Positions 1-13,479 of a DNA stretch of 64,000 bases are shown piece by piece. Position 1 is the first letter of the stretch. Each line of letters opens with the position of its first letter. Source of the stretch: Octopus sinensis (taxonomy: Eukaryota). Made by a program: the position numbers and the translations under genes. The stretch spans positions 22,568,001 to 22,632,000 of the forward strand of contig NC_043007.1 in assembly GCF_006345805.1 (NCBI RefSeq). Direction: 5' to 3'. Below the pieces are notes generated by a model, which searched no databases, had not been told where the DNA came from, and saw only the letters and a list, made by a program, of their open reading frames with translations.

Positions 1-598
1 ATAATAAATTAGCTTTAATTAGAAAATAATCACCAAATTGTTTTCTCCTACACTATTTTAAAATGTATTAGGTGTTAATTCAATTTCTGATAGATTCGTG
101 CGGTTCACTTCGTTTGTTGTCGCCGAAAGAGAAAGTGAAAAAGAAATATACATACATTTGTAGTTAGCAATTTCTAACATACGCTTATTAAAAAAAACAG
201 AATTAATTATTGAGAAAAGAGTTAATTTCCAATATAAAAAGGCACTTTCACTTTTTAAGTATTACTATTTAAAATTTGTCCAAATTTACTATATTTAAAA
301 AGTTAAGGCGACTCGGGGAGCTTACCGCATTTGAGGTTATGTAACGAAGCTGAATGGGAAAAATTCATATAAAAAAATAACGAAATGATGAACATATACT
401 AAAATATTAGCAAGGATATTATGAAGTTAATTGAACTCAAAATTACAGGTCTCATCCCACATGGTGTCTAATAAGGAGGATGATCACGGTTGGAATGCCT
501 TAGATTATTGGGTTTGAACTGAGGGTGTAAAATGAAATAGGTAGTAATTAAATTGAACTCTGAATAGAAGAAAAAAAAATTATATTTGTTAAAATTAC

Positions 599-707
599 CG
601 CCATCGTTAACTTCATCGGGCAACTCTTCTGTTACCAGCTTGATATCATCACTGGACGGTTTGCCAGCAAAGTGTTTAGCTAAAACGAATTTTTTTGACA
701 GAACCAT
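599..707 (-). CDS. PTGR1: First coding exon of prostaglandin reductase 1-like (LTB4 12-hydroxydehydrogenase, MDR family); rest of gene lies left of the window
   Basis: Translates MVLSKKFVLAKHFAGKPSSDDIKLVTEELPDEVNDG, matching the recalled PTGR1 N-terminus (human [35 protein letters not shown]). ORF becomes low-complexity after a phase-1 GTAATT donor at 598. Confidence 0.8.
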
Positions 708-1324
708 AATCAGTCACGTTCCTTCGGCAAAGAAAAGTTCTGTTTGAATGGAATTGCCCGCGCACCGTCTCCTGACTGCGCATCTAGGGGGACCTAACTA
801 AAAATTGCTTTTAGCCTTTTCAAGTCGACCTATATTTTGAGATTAAGAAAGTCAATTAATAGTGAGTGAGGGTGTATTTTCTTCAAATATTTACTTATAT
901 CAAGTAAACAAATGACCTCTTAATGCATTAAAACCATCATAACATGATGAGATGACTATTTCAGAAAATTATCAGCGTTTTCTTTGAGTGTTTAAAAGAC
1001 AAATTTAGCTGGGGCAAAATGAGTAAGCCAAGATAAGATAAATTTGCTGCTCCCATTCACCCAGAGATAACATTTGAAAACAAGCCCGTGCACATCGTTA
1101 TCCATTCATAGACACTAGAAAGATCAGAAATGCAAAAATAAATAAATGAATGAATGAATAAATAAATAAAAATAAGAATTAAAAATCCAAATATCTGGGT
1201 CAAATGAAAGAGGATCAGGGAAAAAAAAACACGTGGAATTTAACGAAACTCGACAAAATAAAAAAAATATATAAAAAACTCAAGATAAAATATTTGCTGA
1301 TATTGTTGTTTGCTCCTTCTCGAG

Positions 1325-1585
1325 CTATGCCTGGCTCATAAAGGCCGGTTTTCTTAGGTTCCCCACCTGGACGGGACGACAGTCCGTCGCAGGTGAGCTG
1401 CAAGATGCAGGAGGAAAGAGTGAGAGAATGTTGTGGCGAAAGAGTCAGCAGAGATTCACCATTACCTACTGCTGGAGCCGCGTGGAGCTTAGGTGTTTCG
1501 CTCATAAACACACACATCACCCAGTCTGAGATTCGAACCCGCGATCCCTCGACCGCGAGTCCGCTACTCTAACCACTAGGCCACC
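1325..1585 (-). mobile_element. tRNA-derived SINE, family A
   Basis: Minus strand starts with a tRNA-like head (TGGCCTAGTGGTTAG A box, GGTTCGAATC B box). Body is shared with copies at 39680, 45540, 47405, 57815 and 63641. Confidence 0.75.
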
Positions 1586-2040
1586 CCTCATATTACTTAC
1601 CATTATTTTTTGAAACTTGAAAATTATCAAACTAGACAACAGTGTGAGAAAAATTGACTTGAAATCCAAAAGAAAAACGAATATTTATTGTTAATCACCA
1701 AAAATTATTCAGATATTTTATTAGCGACCTCAATTACAATCGGGTTCAAAGTTGGAAACAATTTTTTGGAAACCGGACTTGCCACCTGACGATGTTTCGG
1801 TCTCTCACAACTTTTATAACTATGCTGACTGATACAGCAGCACCAAATAATCAAACCATACTTGCAATGTCATGATTTCAAAGAGGTAAGGAGAAAATAA
1901 CGAGAAATCAGGAGTTACTCATTTTGACCCGGTTACTAATTTTGCACGACCGGCCATCCTTAGAAAATTTCCTTAAAAGAATTTGATTGAAAGATATGGA
2001 GAAACAAAGTCGCCGAGTGACATACGTACGAAGGTATACC

Positions 2041-2292
2041 TATTTCTTTACTACCAACAAGGGGCTAAACACAGAGAGGACAAACAAGGACAGACAAACG
2101 GATTAAGTAGATTACATCGACGCCAGTGAGTAACTGGTACTTATTTAATCGACCCCGAAAGGATGAAAAGCAAAGTCGACCTCGGCGGAATTTGAACTCA
2201 AAACGTAATGGCATATGAAATACCTATTTCTTTTACTACCCACAAGGGGCTAAACACAGAGGAGACAAACAAGGACAGACAAACGGATTAAT
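2041..2292 (-). mobile_element. SINE family B, tandem dimer with truncated second unit
   Basis: Family-B body (GGGGCTAAACACAGAG...CGAAAGGATGAAAGGCAAAGTCGACCTCGGCGGAATTTGAACTC on +) with junction GAAATACCTATTTC at 2217-2230. Confidence 0.85.
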
Positions 2293-3267
2293 TCGATTTT
2301 CTTCAGGCATTGTCGTGTGAAGCACGTTTAGGCAAAGTGATGTGGCAAAAAGTATATCCTAAATACGAAGAAATTTCAAAAAGTAAAACGTAAAAAAAGG
2401 TGGTTTTAATTCCTACTACGTCAACATGCCCCACATTCTTTTAATTTTACATGTTTCCGTTGGTTAGCACCAAAAAATTCATTTAATCGTTATTGAACAA
2501 TTATTAAGAAAAAATGTCTCCGTTCGAAATTCATAAAAGAAGGTAAACAGTTCTTGTTTTGTACCAAAGATAAATTTTTAGACAGCCGTAGTAAAGTAAG
2601 TATTTTCTTTTAAATTTAGGAAAAGCTTACAAAGTATAATGCTCACAGCAGCTATAAAGTCAGTGTAGTCCAAATGACTAAGCAAAATGTTCTGTCTTAC
2701 ACTAATGCAATTAGTTTTTCTCGCAAAAAATCGATTGAAATAGTTGAATTGTACTCAACGCTGTAGCAGTTGACGACCTTGAAAATTAGTGCATTCACGC
2801 AGCGAACATTACTCCTCTGCATTGGATCAGCTTATCTGTCGTTCGCTCAAAACCAATGACATCGCCAAAAAATTCTTGTCGACCCTTAAGAATTGGAATT
2901 TTTGAAAAGTCAAAATTTTGCATTATTTAGCTTGTTATTCTCTTTAAGTGAACATTTTTCTGGTTGAAATACACCGAAAAATGGCGACACAGCAGTCAAA
3001 AAATCGTAAGAAAAATAGGGATTTTCATAGAAAAAAAGCACCTTTTTGATGTAAATATTTTTTGGTCTTTGCATGGTCCGATTTGAATTGTTTTCTTCTA
3101 CGGAATGAAGAGCAGGCCTTCTTCTATCATACTCTCAATTTTGGTCAACTTGCACCGCAGGGTCTCGGAGGAAATAGTGTTAGTTGAAGGCTACCAAACC
3201 TGCCACACACACACACAGACAACTTCAGCTTTATATATATAGAAATATATATATATGATGATGATGA

Positions 3268-3304
<37 letters not shown>

Positions 3305-3409
3305 CGTAAATGTCGAACGGTAAAAATGAGTGGTCAACACCGCATTAATGGGTAGAATTTCTTTATTCGTGTATTAAGGCTACCATTGGTTTCATGTTAA
3401 GAAAAATAA

Positions 3410-3785
3410 AAGTTATTTCACGTTAAAGTAGTCATATTTCGGTAATTTCAACCAATCAATGACGTGTATTCAGCTGAATAAAATTTCTGCTGTTGTTTGT
3501 CAACAAAAACTTCCGGAGGTGTATATTTCGTTTGTCACTATTATTTATGACAACCCTAACCCTAAAACCTTAACCCTAACCTTAAAACCCTAACACTTAT
3601 CCTAAAACCTTAAAGCTAAAATCAGTACAAATGCACAAAGGATGTCATAAATAACAGTGACAAACGAAGTATACATCGCCGATAATTGTTGTTGACAAAC
3701 AACAGCAGTAATTTTATTCAGCTGAATACACGTCATTGATTGGTTGAAATTAACGAAATAGGACAACTTTAACGTAAAATAACTT
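3410..3785. mobile_element. Foldback/MITE-like palindrome with telomere-like spacer
   Basis: 143-bp inverted arms 3410-3552 and 3643-3785 around a 90-bp spacer of degenerate CCCTAA/CCTTAA repeats. No TSD found. Confidence 0.8.
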
Positions 3786-4539
3786 CGTAAATATAAGTTT
3801 TTCTCATGTTTTTATATTGGAAGCACGTCTTCACAGTTATCTAGAAGAATTTCTAATCAATACACGACATTTAGGGATAGGAATAAACGTAACAGTACAG
3901 GGTTTAGTAAATTAATTTGCGATCTAAAAGACCACAATAAACAGTTGAATTTAGATTGGTTGATTCTCTCAATCTCGATACCTTATGACAAAGGCAAGGA
4001 ATTCTGTCTTCTCTGTAATTCTGAACTATTTTTTGTTCTTTTTTCTAAAAATCCCCTTGTAAACACGGTTATAGAGCGTGCATACCGATGTAAACATTGG
4101 CAAAAACATACCTTTAGTTCATATAAGTGATTTCTATCATTCTATATAATTTAAACATTAATTTTCTTTTTACACTTCACATTCACTAGAGATATATATT
4201 TTCCTAGTCTATTAGGTTTTATTTACTATACATATAGTCATATACTTCACATTTATTTAGTTTTTCCTTACTTTATCCCTCCTCTTTCTATAGGCTACCT
4301 CTGACGTTATATCCTATAACGTTTTTTTGAAACAATATTAATAGCGTTCAGTTAATCACTATACATATCCATCATTTTCTGTTAAAATGTCTTATTGATG
4401 AGTTTCATTTCTTCACTTCCCTGAAGAGAAGATTACATCGTTTTACACCATTTTATTCCTTTGGAATAATATCAGTGATATCTTCGAAACATGTGTTGGA
4501 AGTAAATGAATTTGAATAACACCTGCGTTAAACTCCATT

Positions 4540-4608
<69 letters not shown>

Positions 4609-4806
4609 CAGGTCATTAAGAATAAGATGCCCAATTTTCTTATACATCAAGTTTGACAGTTATTAACTGTAATGTTCTATCCTGACATTTCAAAAGTGTA
4701 TTGATAATTAAGGTGCATACTTTGATTAACTATAATTGCTTTTTGCTGAAAAAAACTGAAATAAACAAAACTGAATTTTTCCTTGTAAGTTTGGAGTTAT
4801 ACTCCC

Positions 4807-4843
<37 letters not shown>

Positions 4844-5019
4844 ATGTACTGAGAATAGTTAAAATATATATGTATATATATATATATGAAAATACACTGA
4901 GAATAATTTAACTATATATGTGCATATATATATATATATTTATATGTATATATATGTATGTATATATATATATGTATATATATATATGTATATATATATA
5001 TGTATATATATATTATATA

Positions 5020-5050
<31 letters not shown>

Positions 5051-5340
5051 AATGTTCAATTCATAGGAAAGATCCAGAGGAACAGTTCCAATGTAGGCAG
5101 ATGTCACATAAACGTCCTAGGAATTAGTAATAACAGTTGTATGGGATTTAATTCCGGGGAGAAGTAAGACGTGTTTTGGACAACTTAAGAATAATGGAAA
5201 ATGGCGACAAACACACAAGATGTTATTTAAATCATTAATATCACCATATCACCGACATATTTTTTGATAGATGCATTAAAAGAGGATGAATAATGTGGAA
5301 CAATGCATCAATGTTACCAGGGAGGATATAAACGAAAGTG

Positions 5341-5381
<41 letters not shown>

Positions 5382-5610
5382 CAAAATGGGACAAGAACGC
5401 AAAACATCCAGACAGTTAGATGATACAAAAAAGGAACAACAAACTATCCAGATAGCCGGTACAAAGAAAACAAGGATGGGTCATTCGGAGTTTTCTTTCC
5501 TCGGTCGAGTTCGTGATTATCTTTGCAACTTTGGCTGATTATACTCGAGATTGCTCCAATCTGGCCAGCCCCAAGGAAAAACTAAGCTAAGAGCATGTGT
5601 ATATGCATGT

Positions 5611-5659
<49 letters not shown>

Positions 5660-5843
5660 TATGCATATACACACATACATATATGGTAAACAATATATAT
5701 ATATATATACTTTATTTAAAAGCAACAGAAATTCAACAAAACCTGTTGAATTTCTGCTGCTTTTAAATAAAGCATTTTACTCTACCCCTGGTATTTGAGT
5801 ACTCTTTTTTCCACCTTGTTTCACATTTATGTGTTTACTCTGG

Positions 5844-5910
<67 letters not shown>

Positions 5911-5927
5911 ATATATGTATGTATGTA

Positions 5928-5973
<46 letters not shown>

Positions 5974-5974
5974 G

Positions 5975-6027
<53 letters not shown>

Positions 6028-6028
6028 G

Positions 6029-6084
<56 letters not shown>

Positions 6085-6898
6085 GTACATGGGTAAGTTA
6101 AAAGTAATGCAATTTTCTTTATTTGATGTGAAGTTTTTGATAAAAATAACTGAAATGATTATATAATTTATGTTCTGAAATATTTCGTTTCTTACTTTTC
6201 AGGCTTTTAGACTGGTATGGAAAATTCAATGGCTGCCCCTCAGAGTTACGTCAAAAACAAAGAGCAGTGATTGAATTTCTTGTTGCTGAGGGGAAAAACC
6301 CCTGTGAACAATCACCGATGATTACAAAATATATTTGAGGACAATACTTTAGATTATAGCAATGTGGGTCCGTCAACTGTAAGATGAAAAGGTGGGAACT
6401 GTGAATGTAGCCGATAAACCCCGTTCTGGCCGGCCGGCCGCTTCTGTGAATCCTGCTAATATAGCAAAAGCAGATGCCCTGATCAGAGAAGACAGGTGCA
6501 TAACTCTTGATGAGTTGGCAGAAAACCTTGAAGTGGGTCATGGAAGTGCTGACATCATTGTCGAATCACTTGGCTTTTCAAAAGTGTGTGCCTCGTCGGG
6601 TACCGAGAGGGCTGACTACCGAACGCAAGACAGACAGGGTCAATGCCTGCACTGAACTTCTCGAACAAAGTCAAAGAGACAACACCTTCTTTCGAAGGTT
6701 CATAACAGGTGATGAAACATGGGTTCATCATTATGAACCGGAATCAAAGAGGCAGTCATTGGAGTGGAGCCACTCTACATCACCACCACCGAAAAATTCA
6801 TATTATACATATATATGTATATACATATATATCATATATATATATATATTATATATATATTATATATATATATATAATATGTATATATATATATATAG

Positions 6899-6950
<52 letters not shown>

Positions 6951-7034
6951 ATTATATATATATGTATGTATGTATATATATATATGTATATATATATATA
7001 TGTAATATATATATATATGTATATATATATAATG

Positions 7035-7099
<65 letters not shown>

Positions 7100-7117
7100 G
7101 TATATATAATATATATG

Positions 7118-7150
<33 letters not shown>

Positions 7151-7396
7151 GTATATACATATATATATATATAGTATATATATATATATTTACTCCACCA
7201 CCTACACCACCAAACGGTATACACAGGTGCTTATAATTATCAAGTACTCACCCCGAATTTCTCTCTCTCTCTCTCTATATATATATATACATACATATAT
7301 ATATGATATATATATATATATATATACACATATATATATTATATATATATATAATATATATATATGTATCTATATATATATGTATATGTATATATA

Positions 7397-7441
<45 letters not shown>

Positions 7442-7535
7442 ATATATATATGTGTATATATATATATATATATTATATATATATATATATATATAAATGC
7501 GCGCGTGTATCTATGTGTATGTGTGTGTGTGTGTG
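4540..7535. repeat. Field of (TA)n, (TG)n and (TATG)n microsatellites
   Basis: Runs at ~4540-4608, 4810-5050, 5344-5378, 5600-5710, 5843-6085 and 6800-7535. These explain all the IYIY-type ORFs. Confidence 0.95.
6217..6797 (+). pseudogene. Mariner (DD34D) transposase remnant, frameshifted and truncated by (TA)n
   Basis: Across frameshifts: ..QRAVIEFLVAEG..DKPRSGRP..IREDRCITLDELA..LGFSKVCA/RRVPRGL (WVPREL-like)..FITGDETWVHHYEPESKRQSLEW. Confidence 0.9.
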
Positions 7536-7690
7536 TGCACATGCAATGCTTGTCCCCATCACCTCTTGACAACCGGTGCTGGTTTGTTGACGTCTCCATA
7601 AGCCAGTGGTTTAGCAAAACGGACTTATTAACATTCCAAGGCAGTGCCCCAGCATGGTCGCAGTTCAGTAACTGAAACAAGTAAAAAAAA
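7495..7690 (+). mobile_element. SINE family D, 3' half
   Basis: (TG)n then CTTGACAACCGGTGCTGG...CCAGCATGGTCGCAGTTCAGTAACTGAAACAAGTAAAA, matching the D copy at 53808-54202. Confidence 0.7.
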
Positions 7691-8093
7691 AAATGAAAGA
7701 TATTTCATACACCCTCTTAACACCTAAATATTCTGGATAAGTTAAGTGCTGAATTGTGAAGGTGATACCTTGCCGTACCAAAGTTCAAGCTATGGTAATC
7801 TGATAATTATACCTGCTGAGACGTGTATATGTGACCTCCTGCAAAATGTTTCTGATTTACCTGTAACCGCCCCAGCCTTGTTAACTTCTCAGTGTGCACG
7901 TCCCCAATGTAAAACAATTAATTCAGTTAAGAAAGACTACGTTTGTGTTTTATTTTTATTTGTTGATAAGATAATATATGTGCTATTTCGGGCTGCGAGC
8001 TGGCAGCATCGTTAGCAAGCCAGACAAAATGCTGAGCAGCATTTCGTCCCTACTTTATAATTTGAGTTCAAATTACGCCGAAATCCACTTTGC

Positions 8094-8504
8094 GGATCTT
8101 TTCGGTTTGAACGGCAGTTTTTTCTAGCGGTGTCATATGAAATTGTCACCCGTAATTATGACCCTAGTATCGATCTATTGCATTTCAATCTATTTTAGGG
8201 TTAGGGGTGGGGGGAAGGGTATCTGTTTTTCTTCACAAATGTAAATAAACCTAATCTGTTTCTTAAACGAGGGACATATTCATACGGCACAGAATGTTGT
8301 ATACCTCAATGGACATCATTGATTGGTTGAAATTGCAGAAATTGAAGAAAAAAAACAACAAATATCTTACAAACTATATAATTTTCTCAATAAAGCCAAG
8401 AGAAAAAGATGTTTTATAAACACATTCTACCAGTATACAAAGTTTAAAATTTTTTAGTTACCTAGAAATTATGTTAAAAACTCCTGTTCAAACCGAAAAG
8501 ATCC
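8094..8504. mobile_element. MITE with GGATCTTTTCGGTTTGAAC TIRs (Merlin-like), copy 1, nested in a SINE B
   Basis: TIRs at both ends. 9-bp TSD CCACTTTGC (8085-8093) / CGACTTTGC (8505-8513). Internal TTAGGG G-run. Confidence 0.8.
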
Positions 8505-8791
8505 CGACTTTGCCTCTCATCTGTTTGGGTTTGATAAAATAAGTACCAGTTGAGCACTGAGACCGATGTAATTGACTTAACCCCTTCCACTGAATTTGCT
8601 GGCATTGTGCCAAAATTTGAAACCAACATACACGTTATTTGTGAGAGATGAGTAAAATATGCAAGCATAATTACAGCAAAAAATAAATAAATAAAAGTTA
8701 ATTTTAATTGCTAGAAACTTGACCAAAAAAGATAGTCAATAAACGATTCAGGCTTCTTACGAGTACGGAAATTGAAAAGATGGGGAATACC

Positions 8792-9026
8792 GATTTCTTT
8801 ACTACCCACAAGGGGCTAAACACAGAGGGGACAAACAAGGACAGACAAAGGGATTAAGTCGATTATATCGAACCCAGTGCATAACTGGTACTTATTTAAT
8901 CGACCCCGAAAGGATGAAAGGCAAAGTCGACCACGGCGGAATTTGAACTCAGAACATAGTGGCAGACGAAATACTGCTAAGCATTTCGCCTGGCGTGCTA
9001 ACGTTTCTGCCAGCTTGCTGCCTTAT
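8792..9026 (-). mobile_element. SINE family B, full length
   Basis: Head AAGGCAGCAAGCTGGCAGAA on -. Degenerate 22-bp flanking duplication at 8770-8791 / 9027-9048 (18/22). Confidence 0.85.
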
Positions 9027-9224
9027 AATTAAAAAGTAGGGTAATACCACCATATAGCGTACCCACCTTCTGTCACTGTTTCTGAGGTGTTTAAGCGAAA
9101 GAAAATACAAGACAATTCACATTTTAAGAGGACGCAGAGTTAAACACCCACCCCAGCTATTGTTGGTACACATTTTCAGCTGAATGGACTAGAGCAACAA
9201 GCGTTCACTTGGTGAAATGAAGTG

Positions 9225-9639
9225 GGATCTTTTCGGTTTGAACGGCAGTTTTTCAAGCGGTGTCATGAAATTGTCACCCATAATTATGACCCTAGTATCG
9301 ATCTATTGCATTTCAATCTGTTTTAGGGTTAGGGTTAGGGGTGGGGGGAAGGGTATCTTTTTTTCTTCACAAATGTAAATAAACTCAATCTGCTTCTTAA
9401 ACGAGGGACATATTCATACGGCACAGAATGTTTTTTTACCTCAATACACGTCATTGATTGGTTGAAATTACAGAAATTGAAGAAAAAACAACAGCAAATA
9501 TCTTACAAACTAGAATTTTCTCAATAAAACCAAGAGAAAAGGATGTTTTATAAACACATTCAACCAGTATACAAAGTTTGAAATTTTTTCAGTTACCTAG
9601 AAATTATGTTAGAAACTGCCGTTCAAACCGAAAAGATCC
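9225..9639. mobile_element. Merlin-like MITE, copy 2
   Basis: Same TIRs and body as 8094-8504. 8-bp TSD ATGAAGTG (9217-9224) / ATGAAGCG (9640-9647). (TTAGGG)3 at 9323-9340. Confidence 0.8.
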
Positions 9640-10622
9640 ATGAAGCGTCTTGCTCAACGTAATAAAGAAGTGCTTTGCCCAAAAAACACAACATACTGCT
9701 CTGTTTAAGAATTGAACTCACGATCTAGCGAATGAGTGCCCAACAATCTAACCACCAAGTCATGATCTTCCCAAGAAAAAGTACAAGTTCATTTCAGGAT
9801 GGGAACTTTCACAATAGTTAAATTAAACTAAACATTATGTGAAAAAGCAATTTGAGGTCGAACCCCCCCCAAAAAAAAACACAGGAACACTAGAGTTCCT
9901 AGTTGTGACTTTTACTCAATAGATCACAGAGAGTATTTCTCTTCTCAAACATTGAATCATAGTTTTATAATGACATGGTGATGTCGTCTTAGAGAAATTC
10001 GCTGAAAACAATATTGTTTGGCATGCGAAATCTCTTCTCAGAACTTCGTGCCTACGAGCTCCATCCGGCTCTAATCCCTTGAGTCGACAGACTCCTATCG
10101 GTTCGCATGCAGCATCCCGATTTTGCTGACAGAACACTTTGTCTTACTTTGGTGTGGACATATTTGGACTGTATAGTTCGTGTACATGTCATGACAGTGT
10201 CGAAACCTCTGCTGATTTTCGTTCAAGATAAATAATACCTCAATATGCCAGTTGTATCCAAAGGAAACAGGAACTTCTTTTATGACCATGTATTGACCCA
10301 TTCTCCTTCGGTTCTCACACAGACTAATACTCAAGGCATTGGTTGGACGAGGATATTGCTGGCTCTTTGCATTAGTGTTCAAACAGTATGAAGCTGGAAG
10401 TTTCACGCTGTTACCTGCTGATGCTTCCCTCCCACTGCTATTACATCAAATACTCATTTAATTGGTCCCGCTGAATTTTCGCGTTGATTGTCCTGTTCTT
10501 CATGATTTTCTGAGCGTTCTTGTTTGTGAAGAGGGCATTTCTGACTAGGGTTCTACCATTGACATCAATCTAATTTAATACCTGTCCCGCATGCTTTCCG
10601 CCAACAATATCAGACTCTATAG

Positions 10623-10840
10623 CAGTGCTTTTCAACATTTTTGCTGGAGCGGAACCCCAAGGAAACATTCCACTGGCTCGAGGAACCCCTGTGCAATAAT
10701 TTAATAGTCTTATGCACACATATCTGCACAGAAGAATTAAAAATTACTGCCGATTTTAGCAGTTTTGTAACTTCTTGCAGACCCCTGGACTGTACTGGCG
10801 GAACCCTAAGGTTCCGCGGAACCCTGGTTGAAAACCACTG
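10623..10840. mobile_element. hAT (Charlie-like) MITE
   Basis: TIRs CAGTGCTTTTCAA / TTGAAAACCACTG and perfect 8-bp TSD CTCTATAG. Second copy at 47848. Confidence 0.9.
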
Positions 10841-11113
10841 CTCTATAGCATTAGCCGTCTCTTTGTTCTTGTGGTGTCTAAACCCATTAAGGCGAGATAT
10901 TTTCTGTACTTAGCATGAAATAAAGTTATTATAGCACATACATACAAAGGTATTTCAAAGCAAATTATTCTATGAGAGTTTATCTTCCCTTTCCACAGAA
11001 AATGTCATAGGGAAAGGGACAAAATCTTTAAGAAGAAAGATTTTCCCCAAAAAGAAAATGCCAGTGAAAGCGTCTTATATACATAAAGCAATATATCTAT
11101 ATTCTGTTGTATC

Positions 11114-11525
11114 ATTTCTTTACTGCCCACAAGGGGCTACACACAGAGGGGACAAGCAAGGACAGACAAACGGATTAAGTCGATTACATTGACCTCAGTG
11201 CGTAACTGGTACTTAATTTATCGACCCTGAAAGATGAAAGGCAAAGTCGACCACAGCGGAATTTGAACTCAGAACGTAACGGCAGACGAAATACCTATTT
11301 CTTTACTACCCACAAGGGGATAAACACAGAGGGGACAAACAAGGACAGACGTAGGTATTAAGTCGATTATATCGACCTCAGTGCGTAACTGGTATTTATT
11401 TAATCGACCCTGAAAGGACGAAAGGTAAAGTCGACGTCGGCGGAATTTGAACTCAGAACGTAGCGGCAGACGAAACACCGCTAAGCATTTCGCCCGGCGT
11501 ACTAATGTTTCTGCCAGCTCGCCGG
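11114..11525 (-). mobile_element. SINE family B tandem dimer
   Basis: Full head plus two ~185-bp bodies. Junction GAAATACCTATTTC at 11288-11301. Confidence 0.9.
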
Positions 11526-12089
11526 TTTTTTTTTGTATCTTGAGAGGGTCATTATGCTAATAACAAATACACGCGCTGGTTCCTTTTCACTTATAATTTT
11601 TATTTGTCAAAACAATTAATTAATTGATTATTTGATGTACTGTTCAGTTAGTCATCAATCAGCTAGGTTCGTCTGGGTCCACTTGTCGCCATTCACAGCC
11701 TCGTCAAGGACATGCCCCCTCTGCTTCGCATGTTTACTATTGGCATACAAATCGTCTTGAGATGTATCAGAATATGTTCCAACACAGGAGTTCATGACAA
11801 GAATTTTGCAAACCGAAAACAAATACGAAATATATTCATAGAAAAACATTTACTAGATTTTTATCACCCGAAAGTATTATCCGATGACATAAGCCTGATG
11901 CATTATGACTACTGGATCTCTCAACTAGTAGGCCTGCTAACTAACTAACGGGTTTCTTGAGTAATGGACCTTCTTAAAATAAGGTCGGAGGTACTGTCTC
12001 TATGTAGCAATTAAAGAAAGTTATATGAGCACTTCTTTTTCTTAGACTAAAAACAGAATAAAATAGGTTTCGTGTGTGTGTAAACATAT

Positions 12090-12290
12090 ATTTCTTTATT
12101 GCCCACAAGGGGCTAAACATAGAGGGGACAAACAAGGACAGACAAAGGGATTAAGTCGATTACATCGATCCAGTGCGAAACTGGTACTTTATTTATCGAC
12201 CCCGAGAGGATGAAAGGTAAAGTCGACCTCGGCGGAATTTGAACTCAGAACGTAACGACAGACGAAATACGGCTACGCATTTCGCCCGGC
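12090..12290 (-). mobile_element. SINE family B monomer
   Basis: Family-B body with slightly truncated head. Confidence 0.85.
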
Positions 12291-13479
12291 CTGTGTGTGT
12301 GTATATATAAACTTTTAACGGTTCTTGAAGAGAACTTTGGCAGTAAATACTACCAGTTGCGTAGCAAAGGTTCGCAGCACCCGTGAGCAAAGACTAAGGC
12401 AACGTCACCTTAATAAATAGCCATGATAAGAAAGAGGAAATTTTGCATTTCTTCATACCAAAGGGCCGCTGCCCCTCGTTTCTATTTATCACATCTCCGA
12501 CTGCAATGTAGACCAAGTTTTTCTTACCGATAAAATAAAATACAAGAAACAATATAAACGGCCTTAATTCTCTTAAGAGTTATACAACATGGTATTTAAC
12601 CCTCGTTGGATCGTTTAGTTACTCGAAGATAAAGTCTTCGAAAAATCAGTCTAGCAGTGTCTTGTCCTTGGAGTGATATAATTGAGGAATGAAACGAAAA
12701 GGATTAACCTAGAACCGAACCTGTTACGTCGCCTCTGCTTATCAGTACCTCACTGTACCTGCACGGCTTATTAACTACACTCAAATAATCTTTTAATTTA
12801 AAAGATAACTGAGTAAACACTACGATATATTTTTGATTATCTATGGTATAAGAATAAAACAGAAATTCTTTTTAGGTATGTTTTCAATTGGTACCTAAGC
12901 ATCTTTTATAAATAAAGAAAATAAAAGTCGGGAGAATGACTAAAAAATCCATAAAATGGAAAATAACAAAATACTGCGGATAAAAATTACATCCAAGAGA
13001 AATAGTTTATTTGCAAGATGTAAACTTGCTTAAGTGGGGCACCAAATATTTAATCTCCCCTCGCACTCACGCAGTAGTTTCATGAACTCTTGACCTTGAC
13101 ACATTTAATAATCAGTCAGGTCAGTAAATAAAGCTGATTCAAGTTCCCACTGAATGTTTCGTTTAATTGAAAACCTTCCGAGACTACAATATAAAGGTTC
13201 TCCGTTCATTAAATAAAAAAAAATAGAGTCTGAAATATAAATTATTATGAGATGATTAATTGATGAAATACTGACAGCAAAATTAATTTTTGTTATTTTA
13301 ATTTGATAAAGGTAACTAAATTTGACATAAAAGCGTAGTGATTAGAGGAACCAGATTCATTTCTCTCAGTTCTTTTCCGAAGTATTCTTCGAGATCAACG
13401 TGAAATTATTTCTCTGCTAGCAATATGCTTTACAGTGAGAAAAAGATCTTATGGTTAATTCGATTATACCGTTGATAAA

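Noticed and set aside
5440-5560. Penelope-type hammerhead ribozyme (also checked near 1786 and in the 61-63 kb arrays)
   Set aside because: No intact CUGANGA...GAAA core with supporting stems.
6217-6797. Domesticated SETMAR-like gene
   Set aside because: Frameshifts, stops, a W-to-R change in the WVPREL motif, truncation by (TA)n and no SET domain.
4918-7680. Many IYIY/YIYI ORFs
   Set aside because: They are translations of (TA)n/(TATG)n microsatellites, which have stop-free frames by construction.
9323-9340. Telomere or chromosome end
   Set aside because: Only 2-3 TTAGGG units, embedded inside MITEs.
9930-10560. Degraded R4/Dong-type LINE C-terminus on the minus strand
   Set aside because: Only a vague resemblance across multiple frameshifts; needs a profile search.
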